Counted from the stretch's first letter, positions 10,135 to 19,647 are shown. The stretch is DNA of 64,000 nucleotides from Bacteroides uniformis (GCA_963641445.1 CAVIBR010000005.1:36430-100429), one strand, 5' to 3'. A program made the numbers and translations. Notes: generated from the sequence alone by a model not told the origin.

Positions 10135-10613
10135 TGAAAAAGATCGATGATGTCACACAAGAAGAAATAGAAGAAAAGAAGATGAAGGAACCATTAACCT
10201 TTAAAGGGATTTTGCTCCGCTCAATTTTCTCTTCAGTGTTTGCTATTCTTCTTTTTGTGGCCGTCCTTCTTATTGAATTAAATGGTTTAAAGCTTTCCTG
10301 GGATGCCTACAAGTTTAGGATTCTTTGCGATTCCTTCTTTATTGCAGGTGTCTTCCCAGTTCTATTTTGGCTTCTTTTATGGGTTGCAGCCAAAGGCGCT
10401 TTCGATATGATTGCCTATTCAATGGGAAAAATGTTATCTTTCATGTTTAGGATTCATCCTGAAAAAAGCAATCTCCCTCCAACATATGCTGATTATGTCG
10501 AGCAAAAAAGAGCGAAAGCTAAACCATTCCATTATGAATTGCTTATTGTAGGAGGAGCCTTCCTTCTTCTTGGAGTAATATTCTTAATTCTAAATATGTG
10601 TTTTGAAGGATAA
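10134..10613 (+). CDS. small membrane protein (DUF3899-like)
   Basis: 159 aa with hydrophobic helices. The start overlaps the oppF stop (ATGA...). The family call is tentative. Confidence 0.4.
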   Translation: MKKIDDVTQEEIEEKKMKEPLTFKGILLRSIFSSVFAILLFVAVLLIELNGLKLSWDAYKFRILCDSFFIAGVFPVLFWLLLWVAAKGAFDMIAYSMGKMLSFMFRIHPEKSNLPPTYADYVEQKRAKAKPFHYELLIVGGAFLLLGVIFLILNMCFEG

Positions 10614-10636
10614 CAATATCCTGAAAAATCCAAAAA

Positions 10637-10664
10637 TAGACGGCCAATCGGCCGTCTTTTCTTC
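10637..10664. terminator. bidirectional intrinsic terminator between convergent genes
   Basis: Perfect hairpin AGACGGCC-aatc-GGCCGTCT flanked by an A-run upstream and a T-run downstream. Confidence 0.6.
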
Positions 10665-10728
10665 GATATATGGATCAAAACCGCATCAATCTCTATTTAA
10701 AGAATATTTTGATTTAAAATATGTTTGC

Positions 10729-11244
10729 TTATTTACGTTTTTTGATTTTATCTAATTTAAATTGAGTGATGGCTTTTGACTCATCAATTCTGTTTTTATG
10801 CATTAAGGATTTTGGAAACAGTATCTTTGATCCGTCAAATCCTATTGTAAATTCTCCTTGTGTGACGGCAAGGACACAGGTTACTTTGCCTTTTGAAAAA
10901 CATTCTTCTAATTTATCGCATCTAACGACTATTTCGCCTATTTGCGAAAGATAGTGCATTTTTTCCTTAACTTTACCTTTTATTTCTTTTGTAGAGTCAC
11001 AGTCAAAATCAATTTCTAAAATCGTTCCATCAAAACATTTATTGTAGAAATCTAAAGCATGCATTTTTGTTTTAACTCCAGTAAGATGAAGAAAATTTTC
11101 AGGATCAAAACTTATTATGTATGATTTTCTTCCGTTAAAACGATCTGATTGGAAGACATATAAGAAATACGTTAGTTTTGCATATTCCTTGGCTGATATT
11201 TTAAGCAAAGAAATTATAGTCTGTTTAAATGATTTGTTTCCCAT
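10729..11244 (-). CDS. hypothetical protein (171 aa, basic C-terminus); no family recognised
   Basis: Clean ORF with an AGGGGAA RBS 4 nt upstream of the ATG. Preceded on the minus strand by a hairpin plus U-tract and a near-consensus promoter. Confidence 0.55.
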   Translation of the reverse strand: MGNKSFKQTIISLLKISAKEYAKLTYFLYVFQSDRFNGRKSYIISFDPENFLHLTGVKTKMHALDFYNKCFDGTILEIDFDCDSTKEIKGKVKEKMHYLSQIGEIVVRCDKLEECFSKGKVTCVLAVTQGEFTIGFDGSKILFPKSLMHKNRIDESKAITQFKLDKIKKRK

Positions 11245-11260
11245 TAGTTCCCCTATAAAT

Positions 11261-11293
11261 AAAAAAAGGGCGGTTTTTTAAGGTATTTCGCCC
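11261..11293 (-). promoter_or_regulatory. attenuator-like hairpin plus U7 tract in the 5' leader of the 171-aa gene
   Basis: On the minus strand, GGGCG-(16 nt)-CGCCC is followed by UUUUUUU. Then come the RBS AGGGGAA and the ATG at 11244. Confidence 0.35.
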
Positions 11294-11338
11294 AGCCTCT
11301 AACACAAGAGAGTTTAATGTCTTCCTGCCGACACCTAT

Positions 11339-11382
11339 AATATAAATTTATTTTGACTGAATGTCAAATTCTTTTTTAAAAT
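11339..11382. promoter_or_regulatory. palindrome TTGACTGAATGTCAA (11353..11367) that supplies a -35 box on both strands (divergent promoter candidates)
   Basis: Minus strand: TTGACA (plus coordinates 11362..11367), 17-nt spacer, TATATT (11339..11344). Plus strand: TTGACT (11353..11358), 18-nt spacer, TAAAAT (11377..11382). Confidence 0.35.
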
Positions 11383-11389
11383 AAACTAG

Positions 11390-11673
11390 ATATTGGTGCA
11401 AATAGGGATGAAGGCATGCGTGGCCAGAAAACTGTTATCTTTCGCGATTATCTCTGCAATCAAATCTAGCCATATATCGCATAAATACGAATAAATCTAG
11501 CATCGCTTGTTTTTGCCCCCCTTCTAGCTAAATACCAGGGAAAGAAGGGCTGGTGCAAAAGATAGCGTTTATTGATGATTTCTCACGTTCATGAAACGTC
11601 AAGTCGCATCAAAGGTGCGAACGTTTTTGAAAAAGCGCTGAGTCAATCATGGTTCTTACCCCCCATTTGCACC
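11390..11673. ncRNA. candidate structured RNA or element of unknown class (GC-enriched, with a terminal 9-bp inverted repeat)
   Basis: A roughly 280-nt segment with GC clearly above the local background. It is closed by GGTGCAAAT (11395..11403) and ATTTGCACC (11665..11673). It contains an internal helix CCCUUCU...AGAAGGG and two C6 runs. It has no ORF. The strand is undetermined. Confidence 0.35.
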
Positions 11674-11714
11674 TACATCTAGAAAATAAATCAGAAAATA
11701 ATGTTTTTTTTGAA

Positions 11715-11972
11715 TTAAAGAAGATTATTCTTCTCTAGATAATGTTTAGCATAAGAACATGATGCAGTAACTTTATAGCCTTTTTCCTTTGCAATCTCTA
11801 GAACCTTTTCAACGAGTTTCTTTGCTATTCCTTGTCCTTGGAGAGAGAGGGAGACAATCGTGCGGGTTATTTCGATAACGTTCTCTTTAACGAGAGGGAA
11901 ATCAATTTCTGCAAGGGCTTCTTCCTTTTCATTAACAAGAAGATATTTATCTTTAAACATTCTTTCTTGCAT
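11715..11972 (-). CDS. small GNAT-family N-acetyltransferase-like protein
   Basis: 85 aa containing the Q/RxxGxG/A-like motif LQGQGIAKKL. The start codon overlaps the stop of the upstream protease gene. Confidence 0.6.
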   Translation of the reverse strand: MQERMFKDKYLLVNEKEEALAEIDFPLVKENVIEITRTIVSLSLQGQGIAKKLVEKVLEIAKEKGYKVTASCSYAKHYLEKNNLL

Positions 11973-13720
11973 TAGTTATGCTCCGTGATCTTGATTGTTG
12001 CTTCGCTATCACTTAATGAGGTAACTTCAACTTTGTAATTAAGCTCATTTCCATTATTGAGCTTATAGGAATCAGCAAAATATTTAGAATATTTCTTTGA
12101 AACTTTTGAATCGATTAAAGAGAATTCATCTCCTTCATGGAATAAATCTTTATCGGTTGAATAAGTTGAAGTTGTGAAGGAAGTTCCTTGAGAAGAAATT
12201 AATGTTAACGCGTCAAATCCTTTTCCTTTGCATACATCAGTATCTCTATCACTTCCATTTGAGCAAGCAACTACAGGATAGTAGTTATTCCCATTGACAT
12301 TTCCTTTAGTTACATCGGAATCACTGAAATAAGAATAACTGGTTCTATTTCCTTTATAGGTAACCTTGGCTAAACGGTTATCAACGTGCCACATTCTAAC
12401 GCCAGACTTGCTATAGCCAGTCTCACCCATGTTAGGTCTTCCTGGGTAAAGCTTTTCGGAATCGAGTTGATTCAAGCCCGTTGGAGTGAATAATTCAATG
12501 ATGACATATTCATCAAAAGCCGTGCCATTCCAACCATTTGGATCAGCAATAACAATGCAATCACCAGTCTCTTCAAAAGAAGAGATTGTTACTTCAGCAG
12601 AACCGTGGACATAATGAGGGGTAACCCAGTTATATTGAAGCTTGTTGAAAGCATCGTGGTCTAAAATGTTATAGGCCATCATAATCTTTCCGCCTGTTAC
12701 TTCCTTTGTTGGATTATCATCGGAATTATAATAGTCATCCGCGCCAAGCATATGGCCAAATTCATGGATGAGGGTATGTGCATCTATACCAGTGTGGTTC
12801 GCCCTTGTTCCTGTGCCTTCATAGAAGAAATCTAGTGATGCCCAGAAATAGGAACATCCAACAGGAGAGTTTTCATTTGCATCAGGGTACTCGCCCGTAT
12901 ATGTATAATTGTCGTCATATGTATCCCAGAATCTATAGGCCCAGTAAGTGCTTGTATTATCGTAGTCTGGAGAATATGTTTCGGCATAAATCAAGATGAC
13001 GGAATCGATATAGCCATCGCCATCTGTATCAAATTTCTTGGTTGAATCGTTGCCGTTTGCCGCCTTATATGCTTTAATTGCTTTTTTCATGGCAACTGCA
13101 GCAGGTTTTCCTGTGCTAGAATCATCTTCGTCTTTTCCGTAGCTGTTATAGAAACTTTTTGCTTTAACGCCCATATCAACTGGATCTGAGTAAGTGAATT
13201 CAAGTTTTAATTTGCCATAGGATGATTTTTCATAGAATGAGCCAAGAGACTCCCAATAACTGGTTTGCTTAGCTGTTCCTCCACAAAGAGTCTTAATTTC
13301 TTGTAATTCGCTATTGGTGAATTTTTTATCGGTGAATGTGATAGGAAGGACTAAAACTGGTTGGGTCCCCGTGCTATAAGTGTTGTAATCGAGATCGTTT
13401 AAAGAAATGTTCTTGTTTGCGTCATAATTGAAATCAACGTTATCATCGGAATAATTAGTATTCCATTCACCATCGCTTCTAGAAGATGATGAAGAAGAAC
13501 TGCTAGAAGATGAACTTTCTGAAGAAGACGTGTTTGTAGATTCGGAAGTTGTCGAATCAGTTGAAACGCTTGAATCAGAAGATGTAGTTGAATCGGTTGA
13601 AGAATTAACATCGCTAGAAGAATCAACGTTACTAGAAGATGAATTAGGCGTAAAAAGGTCGCAAGAAGCAAGAGTGATCAAGCTTCCGAATGATAATGCA
13701 AATAATAATTGTTTTTTCAT
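11972..13720 (-). CDS. secreted zinc metalloprotease lipoprotein (HExxH; M6/InhA-like assignment is tentative) with a Ser/Thr-rich linker
   Basis: Signal peptide plus lipobox LITLASC. A Ser/Thr low-complexity tract of about 75 aa. HEFGHMLGADDYY zinc-binding motif. The likely start is MKKQLL at 13720 rather than the ORF-track 13780. Confidence 0.6.
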   Translation of the reverse strand: MKKQLLFALSFGSLITLASCDLFTPNSSSSNVDSSSDVNSSTDSTTSSDSSVSTDSTTSESTNTSSSESSSSSSSSSSSSRSDGEWNTNYSDDNVDFNYDANKNISLNDLDYNTYSTGTQPVLVLPITFTDKKFTNSELQEIKTLCGGTAKQTSYWESLGSFYEKSSYGKLKLEFTYSDPVDMGVKAKSFYNSYGKDEDDSSTGKPAAVAMKKAIKAYKAANGNDSTKKFDTDGDGYIDSVILIYAETYSPDYDNTSTYWAYRFWDTYDDNYTYTGEYPDANENSPVGCSYFWASLDFFYEGTGTRANHTGIDAHTLIHEFGHMLGADDYYNSDDNPTKEVTGGKIMMAYNILDHDAFNKLQYNWVTPHYVHGSAEVTISSFEETGDCIVIADPNGWNGTAFDEYVIIELFTPTGLNQLDSEKLYPGRPNMGETGYSKSGVRMWHVDNRLAKVTYKGNRTSYSYFSDSDVTKGNVNGNNYYPVVACSNGSDRDTDVCKGKGFDALTLISSQGTSFTTSTYSTDKDLFHEGDEFSLIDSKVSKKYSKYFADSYKLNNGNELNYKVEVTSLSDSEATIKITEHN

Positions 13721-13941
13721 GAAAAGGCTCCTATGTCGAACAGATGTTATTTTAATAAAAATAAAAGGAATAAAAAACAAAAATGATTAATTTTAGTTTC
13801 TTGAATATAACTTGATAATATATTAGGTAACAAATACAATCGATTAAATCTAAATATTAAAGTGATTAAAGTTAAATTTTCCTATTCTTTTTAATGCTAA
13901 AAATGCACCTTTTTGCTAAAATTTCATCTAGAGGAGAATTT

Positions 13942-16158
13942 ATGATCAACTACAATTCCGAAACGAACATTTTTCATCTTTTTAACAAAGACATTTCATA
14001 TATCATCCATCTTAATGGATTTGGGCGCTTAGAAACCCTATATTTTGGCGAAAAACTTAACGATACAAGCGATATCATCAAAAGTAGAGTCGTTTATCCA
14101 GATAACACTTATTTAGATAAGAAGATGTCAATCATGACACCAACACCAGCTTATTTCTATCCCGAAACCATGCAAGAGATTTCCTCCCATGGCCAAGCAG
14201 ATAAGCGTGACGCGCCAATAATCATCCAACACGAAAATGGTTCATATCTTACTGATTTTGAGTACGTTAAGCATAAGATATATCACGGAATTAAACCTCT
14301 TGATTCCCTTCCTTCATTAGATTCTCCGCTTGTAAGGGAAGAAAACATCTATAACAAAGAAAATGTTGATACCCTTGAAATCCTCTTGAAAGATATAACG
14401 ACAAACGTATATCTAACTGAATATATTTCAATTTACCGTGATAAGAATATCATCGCTAAGTCTTTTAAAATCGAAAACAAAGGTAAGAAAATAAAACTAT
14501 TACGCGCTTTCTCTTTGCAACTAGATTTACCTACATCTGATTATTATCTCCATCATTTCTATGGTGCCTGGGCAAGGGAAAGAAAAGAAGAAATAAGCAA
14601 GATTCACGATGGAATTCAGGAAATTTCTTCAAATAGAGGTAAATCATCTCATCAGGAAAACCCTTTCTTTTTCATCTCTAAAGAAAGAAACAATTACGAA
14701 GCAGGAGAAACAATCGGTTTCAATATTCTCTATTCCGGCAACTGGAAGATGAGAATGGAAAAGACAATGTATGGAACTCTCCATATAGTTTACGGAATTA
14801 ACGATGAAGATTTCTCTTACGTTCTTGGAAGAAATGAATCATTTATCACTCCTCAGGCAGTCATATCTTATTCAAAAGATGGCATTGATAAGATGTCTCA
14901 ATCTTTCCATTCCTTAATAAAAGAAAACATTCAAACCGATAAGAGAGAAGAAAGACGTCCATTGATTTTTAATTCATGGGAAGGATGTTTCTTCACTTTC
15001 AATACGGATTCTCTTATTGCTTATTCAAATGAAGCAAAGAAGATCGGTATTGATTTATTCGTCTTAGATGATGGATGGTTTGGCGAAAGAGAAAACGATT
15101 CTTCGTCTTTAGGCGATTGGCAAGTGAATGAGAAGAAAGTAGACCTTCATAAATTCGTTGATCACTTAAATTCGATTGGCTTAGATTTTGGCATCTGGTT
15201 TGAACCAGAGATGATTTCCTCAAATTCAAAATTGTTCTCCGAACATCCTGAATTTGTTCTTGGCTATGAAGAAAACAAAGACTGGATGACCTTAGAAAGA
15301 CATCAGTTGATGCTTGATTTTACAAACGATCAAGTAATCGATTATATTTTTGATGAAATTTCAAAAATCCTCGACGAATACCCCGTGAAATATGTTAAAT
15401 GGGACCATAACCGTAATATGGCCGAACATTATTCGCTATACCTAGGAAACGAAAAACAAGGTGAAGTTTATCATCGTATGACCTTAGGCTATTACAAACT
15501 TATTTCTAAGCTACGTATCAAATATCCAAATGTTTTCTTTGAAGGATGCTCAGCTGGTGGAGCAAGGTTTGATTTAGGAACCCTTTATTATGTTCCGCAG
15601 ATTTGGACTTCCGATGAGACGGATGGTGCTTCAAGAGCGGAGATTCAGTATTTCACTTCCCTTGGTTACCCTCTATCTTGTATTTCAAGCCACGTTTCTG
15701 CTTCCCCTCAAACCACATATAAAACTAAGGTTGATGTAGCGCTCTTTGGCACATACGGGTATGAGATGAATCCAACTCTTCTAAAAGAGGATGAACTTAA
15801 GATACTTAATGTTGGCACGGATATCTTCAAGAAATATCATAACGATATCATCATGAATGGAACCTTGTATCATCTTTCATCTCCTTTAGATGAAGATCAG
15901 ATGTCTTTGATTTCCGTTTCAAAAGATAAGAGCAAAGCAATGGCTATATTCTTCGAAAGAAGCAATCATACTTGGCACTTAGATTATTGGAAATTAAGAG
16001 GTCTTGATCCAAAAAAGAGATATATGGTCATCCTTGATGGAGAAGAAAAAGGAACTTATTCAGGTGAATATCTTATGAAAGCAGGATATTTCTTAATGGA
16101 TTTCTTCAAAAGACAAAACAAGACTCATCTCTTGTTGCTAAAAGAAACAAATTATTGA
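13942..16158 (+). CDS. alpha-galactosidase (GH36)
   Basis: GAGGAG SD and ATG at 13942. GH36 hallmarks: KYVKWDHNR, CSAGGARFD, and WTSDETD (the catalytic region). Confidence 0.85.
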   Translation: MINYNSETNIFHLFNKDISYIIHLNGFGRLETLYFGEKLNDTSDIIKSRVVYPDNTYLDKKMSIMTPTPAYFYPETMQEISSHGQADKRDAPIIIQHENGSYLTDFEYVKHKIYHGIKPLDSLPSLDSPLVREENIYNKENVDTLEILLKDITTNVYLTEYISIYRDKNIIAKSFKIENKGKKIKLLRAFSLQLDLPTSDYYLHHFYGAWARERKEEISKIHDGIQEISSNRGKSSHQENPFFFISKERNNYEAGETIGFNILYSGNWKMRMEKTMYGTLHIVYGINDEDFSYVLGRNESFITPQAVISYSKDGIDKMSQSFHSLIKENIQTDKREERRPLIFNSWEGCFFTFNTDSLIAYSNEAKKIGIDLFVLDDGWFGERENDSSSLGDWQVNEKKVDLHKFVDHLNSIGLDFGIWFEPEMISSNSKLFSEHPEFVLGYEENKDWMTLERHQLMLDFTNDQVIDYIFDEISKILDEYPVKYVKWDHNRNMAEHYSLYLGNEKQGEVYHRMTLGYYKLISKLRIKYPNVFFEGCSAGGARFDLGTLYYVPQIWTSDETDGASRAEIQYFTSLGYPLSCISSHVSASPQTTYKTKVDVALFGTYGYEMNPTLLKEDELKILNVGTDIFKKYHNDIIMNGTLYHLSSPLDEDQMSLISVSKDKSKAMAIFFERSNHTWHLDYWKLRGLDPKKRYMVILDGEEKGTYSGEYLMKAGYFLMDFFKRQNKTHLLLLKETNY

Positions 16159-19023
16159 TCAATTGGAAGATGTTAATTCATCTTCCTTTTTCTTAAATAT
16201 CTTATTCTCTAGTTTTGGGTAGAAAATAAGTATAGGAACTAAGGAAACGAGACTAATTGATGAAACGATGATTCCTGCCTTTAAACCTTTGTCGTTATAG
16301 ACGATTTTGATTACATGGGTGCCTTCTTTTTCATCTTTTAAAGATATTGCAGTAAAGATGTCGAAACGTGTCATAGTCTCTTTTTTCTTACCATCTAAAT
16401 AGACAGAAAAATTCTTATCGTATGGTAAGGTGAAGAGGAATTCTTTGTTATTTCCAGCGAGAAGGAATTCTCCTTCAAAAGAGGTAGAAGAAAGACTGCT
16501 AGATTGTTTGAGATTATTAGCCCCGCCATTTTTGATGGAGGTTAGGTATTCTCTTAATATAGAAAGGTCTTCATAATAAACTTCAGGATTAAGAACGAAT
16601 GTTCTATCATTTCCTGTATTAACAATTTCAAATTTATGTGTCGTACCTTCTTTTGCGTTAAAAGAGTGGATTCCACCATGCCAATAATCTCTGATTCTTA
16701 GGGAATATCCATCGAGGTAATAATATAGATTGCCAGTTTCTGATTGCTCGTGAATATAAAGAACATTGTCATTAGCTTCTGAAGGAACGGTGAAAGAATA
16801 AGTGATTCTTGCTCCTTTTTTCATCGTTATTGTATTTCTTCCGAATTCATCGGTAGAAACGATTGTAGTTTTATCATCCATTGAAAGAATACTAGTTTCA
16901 ATCTTGTGGAAAATATCTTTCCTTTGTCCATTTTCATTGAGGATTGATTCGTTCATTTTCTTATACATCTCGTTTTGATATTCAAAATGATCGTACCAAT
17001 AAGTATTTTCAAATCCTTCTTTTTTGCATCCTTGATAAACGTATGTTGAAGAAGACGAATCAACGCAAAAGCCTAATGGGAGAGCGTATTTGTTTTCGTA
17101 ATATGTGTAATTGATATTGTTTGCGTTTCTTGTGATATCCATCTTTTGGAATAAATTCAAAGATGAAGAATTGTAGATGAAATTTGCTTTGTCTCTATTC
17201 GTTTTTCCATCATCGATAAGATATTTGATTCCAAGGAAAGCGTTCATTGCCTCAGTTGAACCTGTATCGTAGTTTTCCCAGAAATAATTGGTATGGAACC
17301 CAATCCTTTTCATATAGGTGGCAATATCTTTCTTTTCCGTTGAAGAGAAATGAGATAAGCCGTTATAGGAGAAGAAAAGAGGGTTATTATTGATTTGGTT
17401 ACCAGAACCATTACGATTAAAATTGCTTTCCATCCTATAGATTGAGGAGTCATATTCTTTTACTGCATTAAAAACAGGAGATAGATTATCATCACTTAAG
17501 TAAGTGTTATAAGGCTGATAAAGCTCTTTATTAACGTTCTTCTCAATTACGTTATATCCTCCACGATAGGAAGAAATAACAGTAAGAATTAATAAGGAAG
17601 ATTCAACGACATAATGGATATGTTTTGGAGGGTTTATCTTCTTTATGTTAGCTAAGAGAATGAAAAGAAGATAAAGAAGAACTACAACAAAAGAAACAAT
17701 GAATATCGTTAGAGATATAGTAGATAATGGATAGAATATTGCCTCAGAATCTTTTTCTAGGGTATTTTTCGTTACTAAAGCAATTAAAGGAAGAATGATG
17801 CAAGAACTAACTGCAGGTATAGCCATTCCCCATATCTTAGTATCTTCTAGATATGCGCTTTCTTTCAAAGCCATATAGCAAAGATAAAAGCCAATGATGA
17901 AAGAATATCTTGCTGGGAAGAATGTTGGCTCTCTTCCTCCATGATAATAGGCATTAAGAGTGGAATTGATTGAAATAATGAAATAGATAAGAATAAGACC
18001 ACCATCAATGATTTTTTCTCTCCAAGAATATTTCTTGTTTGCAAAATAAATCTCGGCAAACAGCAATGTTACAACAGAGACGAACATCGTCATATAGCCA
18101 TTATTGCGAGATATTGTCGAACTAGAGATGTAGTTATTCTCTAACAATCCTTCGATGAAGATTGTCCATGAAAACCATCTTTTGTTTGGCAAATCGAGAG
18201 TTGCTTTGGTTCCATCAAAATGAAAGAAAGCGGTCATCCATGTGCACGAAACTAATAAGCCTCCAACTAAGGAATAGACAATAAATCTAAGAGCATATTT
18301 GATTCTTGTTTTGATATCACATTTCATCAAGACAATTTTCAAAACAAAAAGGATAACGAGATAGAAACAAATCATTGCTCCGATATACCAGCTTGTTAAT
18401 AATGCATAGGCTAAAGAAAGAGGGTAAAGCCATTGAATCTTATCTTTCTCTAACATTTCAAAACCTAATGTTACTAATGGAAGGATCATCAATCCATCAA
18501 GGAACATGAAATTGAATAGATATACGAATGCATAGCTAATTAAGCCATAAGCAATAGAGAAAGCAATAAAAGAAATTCTTCTCTTTTTCGTAACATATCT
18601 TGCAAGCAAATACATATTTCCTGATGCAAAAGACATCTTAATGATTGAAGTGAAGAAAAAGAAAGTTGGTATATCTTTCGAAGATATGAATATTACGATT
18701 AGATTAAATGGAGAGGCCAGATAATAAGTAAATAAAGATTGGAAATCTCCGCCAAAGACTTTTGAAAGAGAATATATGAGATTCTCGCCATTCTTTAAGG
18801 CATTTTGATATGTCCTCATATAAGTCACATACTGGTCTCTTTGGTCGGACATCATTGTAGTTAAACCATTCTCATCAAACGGATAGAATCCAAGTCCCTT
18901 AAATATCAAAATATAAATTAGAAACGTAGCGAAAAAGGTTAGAGAAAAGATAAGAAAATCAAGTAATGGGCCAAACCATTTCTTTTCTTTCAAACTGTTT
19001 AATGTGATTGCCTTTTCGTTCAT
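16159..19023 (-). CDS. YfhO-family polytopic membrane protein (GT-C-like; putative glycosyl transfer to lipoteichoic acid or glycolipid)
   Basis: About 950 aa. The N-terminal half has at least 12 TM helices and the C-terminal half is a large extracytoplasmic domain. The likely start is MNEKAITL at 19023. Confidence 0.5.
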   Translation of the reverse strand: MNEKAITLNSLKEKKWFGPLLDFLIFSLTFFATFLIYILIFKGLGFYPFDENGLTTMMSDQRDQYVTYMRTYQNALKNGENLIYSLSKVFGGDFQSLFTYYLASPFNLIVIFISSKDIPTFFFFTSIIKMSFASGNMYLLARYVTKKRRISFIAFSIAYGLISYAFVYLFNFMFLDGLMILPLVTLGFEMLEKDKIQWLYPLSLAYALLTSWYIGAMICFYLVILFVLKIVLMKCDIKTRIKYALRFIVYSLVGGLLVSCTWMTAFFHFDGTKATLDLPNKRWFSWTIFIEGLLENNYISSSTISRNNGYMTMFVSVVTLLFAEIYFANKKYSWREKIIDGGLILIYFIISINSTLNAYYHGGREPTFFPARYSFIIGFYLCYMALKESAYLEDTKIWGMAIPAVSSCIILPLIALVTKNTLEKDSEAIFYPLSTISLTIFIVSFVVVLLYLLFILLANIKKINPPKHIHYVVESSLLILTVISSYRGGYNVIEKNVNKELYQPYNTYLSDDNLSPVFNAVKEYDSSIYRMESNFNRNGSGNQINNNPLFFSYNGLSHFSSTEKKDIATYMKRIGFHTNYFWENYDTGSTEAMNAFLGIKYLIDDGKTNRDKANFIYNSSSLNLFQKMDITRNANNINYTYYENKYALPLGFCVDSSSSTYVYQGCKKEGFENTYWYDHFEYQNEMYKKMNESILNENGQRKDIFHKIETSILSMDDKTTIVSTDEFGRNTITMKKGARITYSFTVPSEANDNVLYIHEQSETGNLYYYLDGYSLRIRDYWHGGIHSFNAKEGTTHKFEIVNTGNDRTFVLNPEVYYEDLSILREYLTSIKNGGANNLKQSSSLSSTSFEGEFLLAGNNKEFLFTLPYDKNFSVYLDGKKKETMTRFDIFTAISLKDEKEGTHVIKIVYNDKGLKAGIIVSSISLVSLVPILIFYPKLENKIFKKKEDELTSSN

Positions 19024-19218
19024 GGGGATAATTATATACAAGTATATAAAGAAAATAAATGTTACGTCGCTAATATCATTCTCAAACAAAATATAAATAT
19101 TCAAAAATCCAAAAATACCCCATAAAAGTCCCTTATTTCATATGAAAAGAAGTGATTTCTAGCATCAGAAAAATAAAATTAAGGGCTTTTTTGCCAAGAA
19201 AACATTAATATATTAAGG

Positions 19219-19647
19219 ATGGAAAAGAATATCTTAGCAATAGACTTAGGAAAGGGCTCAATAGGCCTAGCGATATCAAGAAGCGGAATGTTTGTTTCCG
19301 CCTTACCTGAAGTTCGTTTTAGAGCAACTCATTATGAAGAAGCTCTAGCAGCAGTCAAAGATGTCTTTTCAAAAGAGAAAGTAGAAAATATCGTTATCGG
19401 TTATCCTCTTTTCCCTTCAGGCGATGAATGCGAAATGACACCAATCGTCAATGATTTCATCATAATCCTAGAAAAAGAGTTTCCAAATATACCTATAAAG
19501 AAACAAGATGAAAGAAACACGACTGTTGAAGCAGCCCAGATTTTTCATCAAAACGGCATGAACTCGAAAAAGCAAAAGAAGAAGATTGATTCAGGCGCGG
19601 CAATGGTCATCCTAGAAAGATATCTTAAGAGCATTGGACAGCTATAA
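19219..19647 (+). CDS. ruvX: Holliday junction resolvase-like protein RuvX/YqgF
   Basis: 142 aa. The N-terminal ILAIDLGKGSIGLAIS motif is typical of YqgF. Confidence 0.8.
   Translation: MEKNILAIDLGKGSIGLAISRSGMFVSALPEVRFRATHYEEALAAVKDVFSKEKVENIVIGYPLFPSGDECEMTPIVNDFIIILEKEFPNIPIKKQDERNTTVEAAQIFHQNGMNSKKQKKKIDSGAAMVILERYLKSIGQL

Noticed and set aside
11390-11673. RNase P RNA, tmRNA, SRP RNA or 6S RNA identity for the GC-rich element
   Set aside because: None of the hallmark motifs I know for these families is present on either strand. I checked for GGAAAGUCC and ACAGAA (RNase P), a tag-peptide frame with a T-arm and CCA (tmRNA), and the SRP domain IV motif. It is left as an unclassified candidate.
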